DNA from: Basidiobolus meristosporus CBS 931.73
Taxonomy: Eukaryota > Fungi > Basidiobolomycota
Length of the DNA stretch: 64,000 nucleotides
Assembly (NCBI GenBank): GCA_002104905.1
Contig: MCFE01000082.1
Span: 1 to 64,000, forward strand
Direction: 5' to 3'
Both the position numbers and the translations under genes were made by a program. Below, piece by piece: positions 23,201 through 35,999 of the stretch. Under the pieces are notes generated by a model that saw nothing but the letters and a program-made list of their open reading frames with translations, ran no database searches and had not been told where the DNA came from. The first letter of the stretch is position 1, and each line of letters opens with the position of its first letter.

Positions 23201-23396
23201 TTTGTTCGTTGGCGGTAAAGCTTGAATTCCCATGATGAGGTGAAGAGCCGTAAATCGAACTAGAGGTGAACGGATTTGGACCAGGTGCAGGTTTACTACC
23301 ACTTTCACCCGAGGTTTGGGCACTTTGACTATTCGATTGTGTGGAATTCGTCCTGACTGTATTCCACATATTATTCAGGTCATTCATAGCACCCAA
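20286..23396 (-). CDS. SWA2: Auxilin-like clathrin uncoating factor (UBA-TPR-J domain)
   Basis: UBA domain VMDMGFDYEQARAAL; TPR KAAGNEKFKLGQFGDAVEFYSKAI; J-like domain NLRAMLASLDTILW...AKLHPDK, with last exon ...LFSILNEAWDQFKVQNGL*. Several GT-AG introns. The start is uncertain (ATG at 23387 or an upstream exon). Confidence 0.85.
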
Positions 23397-25767
23397 CTTG
23401 GAGATTACTACATGAGTATCGAATATACAGATTAGATTTAAATATAAGAAAACGCAGGCCTACCTGAAATTACTATTTGATCAAACCAGTCTGTAATGCT
23501 AAATTTGTTCTATGAATATAATCGGCGTATAAATATAGAAGCTTTAAGGTTTTAGGAGCCTGCCACACACTATCTGGCTATTTAGTTAATATATGTACCA
23601 AGTCGCAGATTAATCCAGTTGGTCGAGTGGGTGGACCCTGGTCAAGTGCAAAGTACATGTTCAAGTAACATTCTTTTCCTCGACACCAACATCCCCTCCA
23701 GGTGCTGCTTGCATGTAGGATTCACTATATCTAGATTGCATTACACTTGAAGAATTTTTGAATTGATCCATAGGAATGCAGAACTCGACAGTTACTCTGA
23801 AAGCACCAATTCAGAACGTCAATAAGGTGCAAGTACATATACAACCAACACATTCTAGCTTAAGGGGCTATGTGGCATAGCAGGTTTTACAGCTCGGTTC
23901 AATGTAACCTCAGAGCCTGCTCAGAAGGTTTTTAACAAGATCCCGATGATATAACCAGTCGCAGCCAATCATTAAATCCCATTAGGCCTTTCTATACTTG
24001 CACGTTTTTAGAGTCGCCCGGTGGTTCATTCACACACCAGTGATATACAACATCAACCCACAGTACCAAAATAATTGCTAGCTTGCTGGCTACACCACGA
24101 TACCTGATCTAGAATTCCCACCCTTCGAATATATAGATGTGGTACGCCACTTTTGTTGTTGGAAACCATGACCATTGGCTTTCTATCCAGAGTATTCAAG
24201 ATAGCCATCCAAAAGGAGTATTGAAATCGTAGTGAGATTGGCAAAGTAATCAGCCCTGTTACCTCGATCAGACTCGATTCGAGGGAGCAACCTGCATCAC
24301 CACTTTAAATCCACCTTTTAATTCCTACGTCGCCAATTGAAAATTTTGATTTTTGATTACTAACACTTGGATCATGTTACCAATCAACATATCCCCACGG
24401 CAATCGTATCCAAACACCAACTGGTTATTATGAATCCTTGGACAAGATTTTCCTTAGAGAGAACTCCATGCACCATTTGGTTGACGTTGAGCATAATATA
24501 ACCTTACTTACTATATATGGCTATTCGATGATAAACGGGGATAAAAATAATAAATATATATATATTAATCAGCCATAGGTGATCCTCGACCAATCAATAT
24601 CATCTGTGTCCTATATTTATCTAGATTCGCGATATTTTATAGTGCTTCAGTACTCTTCCACTACCCAAAATAGAGAATGGCAGCACATGAGTAGTCAAAT
24701 TTGTTTAAATTGAATGGAAATTAATGGTGGCGAACTTCGGAAGCTCATTAAAACGTAAATTCGACAACACATGAGGCACATCCAAGCTGTAGGAAGACAT
24801 GCCAGTGTCCCACACCCGCCTCAATGAAACGCGGACATCAGATGCAACGTCAGTAAACTTTTGGCTTTGATCCGCTATTCCAGGCTGTTACAGAGGCGAT
24901 AGGGAGCGTGATGAGGCGGTTATTGGTTTGTTAGAACCCCCTCCACATTGCACATTCATAATTGACTTCGATCAAACTAGCCTATTGTGTTATATGTGCA
25001 ATCTTCACAATGACTTGAGTTTCATGAATCTGATCAGGACCGAGAAACATTCCCAAGTTTTGCTTGAATATTAAAAATTGTTGGCTCGGGAGAGTGGTTC
25101 ATATCTATTGGTTGCACTGGCGATGCATATATTGGGTAATTGCAAGTTGAGTTTGGCTTGGCTAGCATCAGAATCCGACTTATTTTGATTATACAGCCTA
25201 TTGTACTTTGGTTCAAGTAGTCTCTTCTAGTTCCATTTGTCAAAGGTTCTCCAATCCTTTCAAACTATCACGGCAGTCATATATTTTTGGCTTTTCTCCA
25301 TCGGCCCATCATAAAACCCGTTCTTGAAATCTCTCGAGTGGTAACGTCGATTTCCAGGTAACAAGAGTTCCCCGGACCGCTTTCACCTCATCTCTACTCT
25401 TCAACTATCCGCGAGCACCCAATTTCTAACCGTTTCCCACCCTCTTTCCAGAGCTTCGTTTGATTACGAAAGCAAGCCCAACTAGACGCAGTTTCCCTTC
25501 ATAAGAACTGTATTTCCGAAGTAAACGCCCAATAGACTGTACATCAAGTATATTTTGTAGTTTTTCCCCGTAGAGAAATAGATTTCCGACATAAATAATA
25601 CGAAGCTTCCTTACGTTGACTGACTACCGACCTCCATTAGTTTGTTAACCCAGCTGCCATAAGGTAAGTGAGTGTCGTATGGTTCAAGGGCTCGATAGGT
25701 TCTCATAAGACTTTGTAGTTTCCTTCCGTTTTCTAAATCAACGAGAGAATCCATTATATTATTTGAG

Positions 25768-27902
25768 ATGCAATCTGAGGTAGTTTATCTTACTAGACTG
25801 TAGCGTGCGCGTGAACGCAGCTCGTTAACTCTATTTCATAGACCAATACTTCACGTTCACCCATCCCTGTGTCAATCACCTCCGAGATCCCCATCAAGTC
25901 TGACTTTGGGGCTTCGGAATTACGTAGAAGTTCGATTAGCACTAGTCCAATCCCTGTTAGATCCGGTGTTTCCCCTGCGCCTAGTTGGAAGGCAGTCGGA
26001 AGCCCTACAATATCTTCTGGATTTTTAAGCAGCTCGTACAATGACAATCCAGACGCCGGGTTTTTGAGTAGATCACCTGCCTTTAATATCAACAATTACT
26101 CCAGCGGTGATGTAGATAGCGGAGTGCATGGTCGAAGACTCTCCACTAGAGATGAGTCCGATTCAGTCTCGTCTGGAGGCAACTGGGGCGGTTTGGGTGT
26201 ATCATGGAGTAACTCAAATATTTGGGGAGATCAAGGAGCAAACCGAGCCTCTCCAAGTAAGCCCAGTATTTATGCATCTGACAGTTTTTCGGGAATTAGT
26301 CAATCGATCTCCCGCCAGCCGTTGCCTGTGATCGAAGAGTCCGCTCCTCAATTCCGACAGCATCGTAGCTTCTCAGTTACTTATGGGCAACTCAATGCTG
26401 ACTTTCTTGAAGAGGATATGGATGACAAAGAGCGGTATCGTCAGGCTTTGGGAACTCTTGGCGAGGAATTGACTGACGAGGAGTATGGAAACCTTGCCAA
26501 GCCTCGTGTTCGCTCCCAATCCTCTTTCGGAACTTACCATTTCCCGCCACAAAGTAGTTTCCCAAGTGAGCCAGCCCTTGCCCCACCCGGTTTTGGAAAC
26601 GATAGAGAAGATCGAGTCTCAGATCTTCATCCATTGTGGGGAAGTCAAGATGTTAGCAAGGATCCTGTCTCCATGTACCGTAGACGTTCTATTGCGAACC
26701 CTGTTGGATTTGGAAACATGTGGGAGAAGAACACTTCAACGGGCTCTCTTTCAAGCGGCTTTGGTGGCTATACCCAAGCTCTCAACGCCGAAAGATTGAA
26801 TAGATTGCAACAACAACGGAGATATTCTCTTGCACCCCCTCCCTCATTCCAAGAAGCTCAGCTATCTGACCCCTTGCAAGACATGCTTATGTCCAACAGG
26901 TAAAGTTTCCTTAGCACATGTATCTTTTACCAAGACATCTGCAATCTTCGTTTGATTTACTAATGAATCGTATGATAGATCTGGCTTAGAACCTGAATAC
27001 AACGTGAATCATCGCCGTCATTCCGTAGCTGGTCCCGGTCTTACCCACAGCAATAATAGCCATGCAGATCGATTACTCTCTGAAGCGCTGGATTCGATTC
27101 AACTAGATGACCCCGTCCGCGGTGCTTCATTCGCCAATTCGATTAACGAGACGGATGACTATTTTGAAAATGGGGAGCAGCGTCAACGTCCCTTCTCCGA
27201 GCTTGGAAAGGGAGTTCCCCTTAACACCTTGCCTAGTCAGTGTCCCTTGTACGTTGTCGAGTTCAAGGGAGGAAGAACAGATGTCTTCTACACCCAAGAC
27301 AGTGCCAACTTGATCTGCCATGTCGGTGACCTTGTCATTGTTGAGGCCGACCGTGGAAAGGACCTCGGTAAAGTCATCAATGACTCGATTACACCACACC
27401 ACATACATCTACTGCAACAAAGCCAAATGGCGGAGAGTACCACCGGTGATTTGCGATTCAACAACAAAGAAATCCAGCCTAAACGCATCTACCGTCTTGC
27501 CCAACCTTCCGAGATCGCTATACTGATGTCCAAGAACCAAGATGAAGCTAAAGCTATGCTGCTGTGCCAAACCAAGGTTCGTCAGAAGAAGTTGCCCATG
27601 GAGGTCGTTGACGCCGAATACCAATGGTAGAAACATTAACGTTGGATACAGTTCAAGTTTAGTGAGGCAGTAAACTAACTCTTATGTCATACAGGGATCG
27701 CCGTAAGTTGACATTCTATTTTGTGGCTGAGCGTCGTATCGACTTCCGTGAACTAGTTCGCGACTTGTTCAAAATATACAAGACAAGAATCTGGATGTGT
27801 GCGGTAAACCCTAACCCAATCACGTCGTTGCTCTGTGGTATCAACAGCACCACATCTAACAATAGCCAGGAATTAACGGACAAAAGTCAAGCCCAGAATT
27901 AG
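25768..27902 (+). CDS. PSP1: PSP1-domain protein
   Basis: [14 protein letters not shown]...[17 protein letters not shown]...[12 protein letters not shown]|[34 protein letters not shown]. Start exon MQSE at 25768, intron 25780-25841. Confidence 0.88.
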
Positions 27903-29019
27903 ATGATCATTCGAATGGAATTTGCAATATTCTAAGCATTCACATATACACTGTTCCAATATACGTTAACTCTTTACAATGCAAACCCCTCTATCAATCA
28001 AACCCTTCACCGTGGTCAGCATGCGCTATACTTTCTTAGAATTGCCTATGTATGGGAAACGTCTCGGTGGACAAAATAAAGATATAGAAGTTATTTAGAC
28101 ATTCAAAAAGTCCTTGATGGCGTCAAGTACACAAGTCAAGATGGGCCTGATTAGAGATCGGTTCAAGTAATATCGATGGCAGGCGCTGGGCGCATGAATG
28201 TAACGAACTGAATGTGCAGCATTGAGGACTGAGTCTTGAAGGAGTATTGTGGAACCTCGGCCAGTGTGCAGGCCTATATTCAAGTCATCCATTCTCCTAC
28301 AATTACTGAGCCAAACCTTTTCAAAATGGCCCAAGTTCATCACGATTAAAGCAATTTTTTCTGATGCCACCTATCTATCTTGCACTCTTGATGAGTGTCC
28401 TTCTTTATGCATTGGCATAGATTAGATGCGTGCATGGAAATCAGGTGAGTGATGGCTTGCTCTAATTTGGCCATTTTAGGCGCCGCTTTTGACATACTGA
28501 AGCCTCAATGAGCAACAATCAAGTATCCGCGTATTCGGTATAGTTGAGCCAGCAGCACAAGCAGGTTACCAGATAGGCAAGCTGCTGAAGTTCATTTGCT
28601 TTGCTCCCTAGAGGGGTATGGGCAATCTGACCCGCAGAATCTTCAACTAACGTTTGTGGAGGTCAAGGATTTGAAGGGGCTTTACTCGAACGGAACTTTT
28701 ATGGAAGCAGTTTCGGGCTTCACTGGGGCCTTGAGGATAGGATGTTGCAATAGAGGTAGAAGCCTAACGTTCGACGGTAGTGTGCTAGATACAGGTAATA
28801 CAGACGATGGCCAGGGTTTCTTTATTAAGATCGATAATTATTTGTCGACAATAGAGTATCGTATAAAGGTGACGAAACGGTCGGGTAATCGGAAAGCTAT
28901 TGAATGCGGAGCTATAAATGACTTCGGGTTTTCCTTCTTGGACGCCCCTGGCTCCGTTGCATAGCTCCTGAAGCAAACGTGATAGGTGGTTGATCTTCTA
29001 TCCTTCCCCTCTCTCAGGA

Positions 29020-30017
29020 ATGCTTTTGTTGCTTACATGCATGTCAACCTTGCTGATCGTAGGAAGGCTTTGTGCTCTTATACAGTATCGAGCAAAGCCA
29101 TTGATCGCTGCTGAGTACTCCAGATTTGGTCCTTTCGTCGAAGGCACCTCGGTGGATAGTGACGGGAATATATTTGCTGTGGATTATGGAGATGCTACCA
29201 CGGTTGCTACTTTGGGGTTTGTGGCTCCTGCACAATCCCTTTTTTACGAAGATGTCACAACTCTAGGCACAGATTTCAATGGAATCAGATTTACCGCCCA
29301 AGTCACACAGTGATCGCAAGATTGCACATGTAGCAGATTATACAAATCATATAGTGAGGGTATCAGTAGATACAAATGGAAAAGCAAGTGGCAAGACGCA
29401 TTGCAGTAATTCCAACTTCGTTCGGCTAAACGACCTGACTCTTGCTAGGAACGGATGGGTCTATCTGTCAGGGATGAAATATCGGAGAAACACACACATT
29501 GGAGATGGTGATGTCTGGCTTTGTACCAACGATGGCCAAGCTCGACGACTAGATGTTATGGGCCGCACAAATGGAATTGGACTTAGTCCAGACGATGTTT
29601 ACCTGTATGTCTCCGAAGCAATTGATAAGAACTTCGCCACGGTTTCCAACAAATCTGCAGATACAGGATAGATCCGCTGACAGGTGATTCAGGCCATAAA
29701 ACGCTGTTCTTCGACTTTGCCACCGTTAATACTGGCCACTTGAACGTCGATGGAATACGTAGCGATCCCGAAGGAAACGTTTTCGTAGTTCGTCATGGCG
29801 GCCAAGAGGTATTGAAGATCGCGTCAAACGGGAAAACCCTAGCTTCGATCAAGGTTTCGTTCACTTCCTCTACAAACATTGAGCTGGGTGAGAAGCATGG
29901 AACCACATTGCATATTGTGGGCAGATGTGGGATTGATACCCAAGAAGGCCAAGGCGTTGGCTGTGTTGGTTCTTGGGAAATGATGCTCCCGGTAGAGCCA
30001 GGTCTTTACTTCGGTAG
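29020..30017 (+). pseudogene. SMP-30/gluconolactonase/LRE-family beta-propeller, frameshifted paralog of 36000-37004
   Basis: Colinear with the intact copy (FGPFVEG, RLND, GRTNGI, VDGIRSD, VGRCG). Frameshifts near 29291, 29652 and 29979, all in short T or A runs. Confidence 0.8.
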
Positions 30018-30286
30018 ATATGTTCCGAATGATTTGTAAGTAATTGTACCTATTACTCAATGCTGTCGGGTTGTCTCTGCCCTCTTGGATAACACCTTGG
30101 CTGCATTGGATACATGCTGATGGGTTCTCTTTGACTGCAAATGTGTTTATTAAAGCCCTGAAATGCTGAAGCTATGGGTGCTGATGAATAAAGTGCGACC
30201 CGTGGATCGATGTGATGATGTACAGAAATGATTCGCAACTAAGGGTTGTTGTGATGCCAAGTCATGTTGGGAATTGGAAAGAATTC

Positions 30287-30834
30287 TTACTCTTGCTGCT
30301 GGTCGCCCTCGCCTTCCTCGCTGAATAAAGAAAGTGATACTTCTTCACCAGCATTCTCTTCGTTGCGTAAGATCGCCTGGCGCAAACCGCGAACTTTGTC
30401 CGGGATATTTTGTTTCATGAAATCCGAGAATTCTTTCAACTACAATTTGGATATTTGTGAGTGTTTATGTACGCCATCGCTTGCCGCCATAGTAAAGTAT
30501 ACTTGCGTTACGCGCACCGGTATAGGAGCTGACACCGGCAACTAACATCCCCGCTCCAGAAAGACAAAGTAGAGTTCCTAAGCCGAGAGTCTTGAAGGCA
30601 AATATCCGAGCGTCCTTCATTGCTGTCGCATTGCTACTGGCCTGCTGCAATAGGTTTGGTGCAATGGTGGCTGTAGGTTCCCACAACAGGTAAGTACAAT
30701 ATATCTGTATCAGACACACGAGAATCGTGTCTACCTTTCTTGCGAGAGTACCACATGGAACCAGCCAATCCACTGGCAAACGCCACAGTGGAAACGGTCA
30801 GTAGAAATCTACGTTCTTCTACTTCGGAATTCAT
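30287..30834 (-). CDS. Small two-TM protein, TMEM242/DUF1358-like, 3 exons
   Basis: Spliced product MNSEVEERRFLLTVSTVAFASGLAGSMWYSRKKA...AFKTLGLGTLLCLSGAGMLVAGVSSYTGARN|LKEFSDFMKQNIP... The second intron (30440-30506) is GC-AG. Confidence 0.65.
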
Positions 30835-31495
30835 GGTTTCTTGGAGATAGTCGGTGCACAAACCTGATTGCAAACACCACCCCACTACAAGTTTTCGCAT
30901 TTTTGATCATTGAATCCCGAGCCATCAATCCGGTGGTTAAAATGCTGAAACTAGGTTGGTCGCATCGGAGCCGCAGATCTCATTACTGAAAATTAGGTGA
31001 TTATTAATCCACCTCTTGTATCCAGCATATGGATGCCTCTAGAAAGCGAGAAATCCTCCGCAGTGGTCGCCTGAATATTCCACTGCGGCATTCGAGGATC
31101 TTGTTGCGCACGTTCAATTTCCATGAGATAAACACTGTTTGGAGGTTTGGTCATATCAAGTGGCCCTGTATGGCACATTGCCAACTGCTCTCAGATGAAT
31201 TCAGGCTTACGTTTGGGTCACGAACAGCGTTACTCTATGGCCAGTGGCTTGATATCTTACAAGGGACTAGGTATTCGCAAAATGCGCTCTTCGATCCCGT
31301 TTCAGCCGATCATTTCGACACGACTGAACTGACCAGATATAGCAAGGCATTCTTAATCCAAGCAAATGATGCGCAATGGAGGTGCGGTAGAATATATTAG
31401 TCCAATTCCATCGAATTCCTGGATTTGTCAGTCCAATTTTTTTTCAGAAGAATTGCTGACTAAAGTCGCTTGTTGCATGCTTGTTCCACTATACG

Positions 31496-32219
31496 ATGGG
31501 TGTACACGAAAAAGACGACGATATATGGGCTTCTGACTGCTCAGACAACGACTTCGAACGTCAAATGGCGGACCGTGAGTGGTCTCGTCTGAACGAGAAC
31601 TTCGGTAACGAGGGATATAAAGAAGGCCTGTCCGAAGGCAAAGATCAAACTATGGAAGACCATTTCGGGGATGGATTCACTGAAGGTGGCCGTTACGGTA
31701 TTCGAATGGGTGAGTTGAGAGGTTGGGTAAGGTAATCAATGACCACTTGAGCTTTGGGTTTCAGCGCCTTCCTAAGAATTCCCCTGTTCTTCTAGTGCCA
31801 TATTGGTCTCCGCTGAAGCGCTTCAAGTCGAGTCAAATAAGAAAGAAGAATTGAAAAAGCTTGAGGAGGAGTTGCGTTGGTATAAGTCTGAGAAAATGTT
31901 CTCCACAAGATACTTCCGTCCCAGCAAAGCAGCTGCGAGTTCGGAAGAGCAAAAATCCTCCAACTGTTGTCAGGAGGCGAGTGACTCGGCCTGTTGCCAA
32001 GGTGAGCAAGGCAACTGCTCAAGCGAGCCGGAAGGCAACAGTAACAAAACTCCTTCCAGTTGCTCTCAAGATGTTTCCCCGGCTACGTTAGATATGCTTC
32101 CGGAAAATATACCATACGCGGACAAGTTCCAGGATAAAATGCCTGCTGAAATAGTCCGCGAATACGAAGAGAAAGTCACGAAGATAATCAGCTCGTTAGG
32201 CCTAAACATCTCATTGTAA
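31496..32219 (+). CDS. YAE1: Yae1-family protein (CIA adaptor), 2 exons
   Basis: DREWSRLNENFGNEGYKEGLSEGK...GFTEGGRYG deca-GX3-like motif. The intron after 31731 keeps frame. Confidence 0.8.
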
Positions 32220-32709
32220 CATTTCTCCTGTACCTTTATCCCTTCAATGCTGTACGTCTTTGATCGCCGAGTTGCATATCTCTACCGAGGCCTACGACAG
32301 TAAAGAATGATACCAACCATAGTTGCCAGCTATATCAACTGCAGTCTCTATTAATTACGACATGTTTATTAACCTATGTGCGTTTGCTGATCGTTCAGTA
32401 CTTGGTGGGATAACAATATCCGACTGCTCTATTATTAACTGCTAAAAGGACAATTCGCACAGACGGTCTGAAGACGTCAACAAGTTCGATACGGACCAAC
32501 TTGCAGTAAGACCCACGATGGAAAGGAAGTGCTAGTAGATTCAGAACGACATGTAACAAAAATATGAAGAGCAAGCGGTGGATAATAAAGAATGAGATGT
32601 GTGTAATACGAAGTGCACAGCTTCGGCTAATCCTTATATTTCTTTCTTGCGTCGGACCTACATTCAAGAGTTAATAGAGTGCGGCACGGCTATTTATCGA
32701 TCGTTGAAC

Positions 32710-34869
32710 TTACGATGATTCCTCGTGTCCTCTCTTGCCTTTCATATCCTTGAGAGAGGTGTTGAATTGATCGAAGCCAAAGAGATCAGGCTCCGCTGTG
32801 GGTTTCTCGAATTGAACGGGACCATCGCTTCTTTGGGCCCCTTCAGTTCCCTTAAATCCACGAGAACCGAGCTCTTTACCAAATCTATCCTGCTTCAACA
32901 TCTTGTTGATCTCTTCTTCATTGCCGCCACCGTAAAGCTCCGAGTCGGTGTTCTGCTTGATCTTGTAAATGCTATTCGCGCTCGATCCGGTGAATAGCGG
33001 CTTGTCGTAGAGGTTGTATGCTTTACATAAAAGATAAACTTGAGCCACTGCTGTATATCAGCTAGATGGAATATTTTACGACTAACCTTCGTCGTCCTTG
33101 AAACCAGATCCTATGCCTTCACTTTGGTTGAACAATCTCGAGTCGAACATACTTTCTTTGCTGGCGCTTGGCTTAGCAAGACCGAGAGCAATCTTCTCGG
33201 AGATTTCACGGCTTTGGGATCTAAATTGCCCACTGTATCAGCAGTGTTCTATTCACTCCGCTTAAAGAAGCAACCTACTTTTCGGCGTATTTCATTTTGG
33301 TATCTGCACCCATTCGCGAGAGCCTCAATTCACGCTCACGCTCACGTTCCTTATCTCTTCTGATCTTTTCACGTTCTTTGGCTCTATCGTCATCTTCATC
33401 TTCACTGCTAGATGCCATATCGGCAGCAGATGGTCGAGAAGATCTGGAAGGCTGACTGGTGGTTGATATACCAGCTCTGTCCGATAAGACGTGTCAGTAT
33501 GCTGGAGTTGGGTTGTACTAGCTTTCAATCCAGAATACCTTTCCTCTCTAGCTCTTTGAGCAAGCATTCTGAGGTGTTCTTCCTGAGCAGCCTTCTGTTT
33601 TTGGCTGATCTTCTGCTCCATAAGTTGTCTTTGTCTAACCTCTTCTCTGGTGTGACGATCGGCAGCATATAGTGCTTCTGAGAGTTTTGCAAAGTTATCG
33701 TTGATCTTGACCTGCAAACCAACGTCTTTTTAATGGCCATATTGCTTGTCAGTCTTTATGTTAACCTTACCTCTTGGATTCCACGTCCATCAGCTGCCAG
33801 TCTTTTGTCGAGAGGAATTGTGTAACCCTTGGCATTCTTCCAGTTGGACACGCAAGGTGGAATAATCCAGGCTTGTTGTTCCTCGGCGGTAACCTTTCTT
33901 GGTGGGGAATGCATTACAGGTGCAGGTGGAGAAGGAGGCCCTATTTGGGGAAAATCGGTCAAGACACGCTCTGAGCAAATGAAACGATAGCAACACATTC
34001 ATCATACCTCTAGGGACCTTCTTATGCTTGAACTTCGAAGGCTCCATTGGATCTACAGGGGCTTCCACCATTTGAACGATCCTTTGCTTTGCAGCAGAAT
34101 TTTGACCATTCTGCTGATGAGGCGTGTAGCGAATAAATTGAGCCTTGATATCGTTCTGAACGTTTACGCTCTTAGGTTGGGATGCAGTAATCTTGCCTAA
34201 AAAATGTTGATTTACAGCGTTGGCAAATGAAAACTTTATGCAAGCGGGTAACTTGAATTACCTTGAACAATCTTCTCCAAAGCAGCACGGGTTCTCTCTG
34301 CTGTCTCCTGAACGTCGTCTTCTGAGGGACGTTCCAAATTGACTTCACCCACGTCTGCTCTTTGTCTTAACGGGACTAGATCTTTGAAGTGACTGTGTAT
34401 CGTGCGAGAATCGGAATGGCCATGCTTAGCGATGGCGTCGTATTGAACATTTCCTTCCGCGTCTACTTGTAGCGAGATAGTATTTCCACCCTTGGACTAG
34501 ATCGATGTTTCAATTTAACCGTCTTTGGAACACACTGATCGAGAGTATGAATCTACGGAACATCTACTTACAGTCTTTCGACCCATATTCAGAGGATACT
34601 GGGCGACATGAATCTCTGGGAAGGCGCCACCATCCCCAAAGTCCTCTGGTGCTCTTGGGATCCAACCAGCACGAGAGCGATATGGTGGTGGGGCATTCTT
34701 GGTTGCCACAATTTGGTCAATAGATCTCTCTGCGAATTGTGACTTCGAGCTAGAGACGCTTTGATTCTTTGGCTTGGGGAGGACACTTCAATAAAATGAA
34801 AAGGATGAGTCAGTTTAAGGAAAGGCTGAAATTAGTGAGCTGTGTTCGTTACCTTGATAGACTGGACAT
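32710..34869 (-). CDS. PRP45: SNW/SKIP spliceosome component
   Basis: MSSLSS|VLPKPK...PPPYRSRAGWIPRAPEDFGDGGAFPEIHVAQYPLNMG; DPMEPSKFKHKKVP; PPCVSNWKNAKGYTIPLDKRLAADGRG; INDNFAKLSEALYAADR; PVQFEK. Multi-exon. Confidence 0.93.
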
Positions 34870-35999
34870 GGTTTACTATGAGGTGGATGAAGAATGGCTG
34901 TAACTATATTGCTCGACAAATTCAAGGCGCTTTTTTTTTGATCCTATATTCTACCGCCCAATCAAGAATATTTCTCATCCCGTATTCCACGATAGATGCG
35001 ATCGTCTTAAAAGTCATCATTCACGAAAATAAATCATTGTATTGCGTTTCATGGCGTTTCCTCGATGCGATTGAACAAGGATTGTGAGGCTGTACAAAGA
35101 TGGACATCAGATTGTTCCCTAATGTTGGATTCCAACACCTACACAGCACTTGCGATGAGTGGCTATCACCCGATGAATGTGCAATCGTTTGTCTTGATAT
35201 ACATCGGGTTTGTAGGGGGTCTCTTGATTGCTGTAGACCGAGAAAACATAATGTAGCTCAGGTGTCTCACCAATATAGGCGAGCTGTTGCATTGTATGCA
35301 CCTGTACAATCACCTGGTGTTTCTTCAGACTTCGACTACTGACTGTGGATCGGTGGATTCCACCCACACCACTACATGTTTGGAAGTGCCCTGACAGTTA
35401 ATGAGGCTAGTATCAGCAGACGGATGCTCCTAGGGAATTTTCCAGCATCCTGAATGCAATAGCAATGCACCTGGCCATCAGAAAGTTATATGAACATTAA
35501 TAATCTGTTGTCACTATTGTCCGTCTATATGGATATATTCATTCGGATTGCATAACCTGGTATTTCCATGAAATAATGCATTTGAATAGCGCACTGAGCT
35601 GGAAAGCTGGACATATCAGGCGACCCCGACAGCATATCACACAATACATGGGAAACTAAATTTCATTTTACACTGCAGGTACACAATCAAACGCATAACT
35701 CCGGGGTCTAGAAGTGAGGGCTTAGTCGTACGGTAGACATGGAGAGATTTCATAATCTGGATACGGCTACGTTGCCTAGTTTTTGACTGGTTCTCCCGTA
35801 CCGGTTCATTCGACACCAAGATGGCAACCATTGTTCATTGATTGTGTAATGGCATTGGATTATCCTATAGCACATCGCCTTCTGGTGGCGGTCCAGCAGT
35901 TGCAGGTATAAAAGGGCTGGCCTCCCTTGACCGTACCAAGTGCCCAACAATAACTTCCCCGAGAGTAATTGCTGCTCCTTAACTCACTCATCTACAGCT

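Noticed and set aside
24815-25035. 8-bp stem plus GTGATGA...CTGA resembling a C/D snoRNA
   Set aside because: No terminal stem or recognisable rRNA guide; these motifs are common by chance.
28596-28964. 122-aa ORF upstream of the frameshifted lactonase
   Set aside because: No ATG start, no recognisable motif, and trial splicing to upstream segments hit stops.
31029-31400. 123-aa ORF between divergent TMEM242-like and YAE1 genes
   Set aside because: No family features; it sits in a probable shared promoter region.
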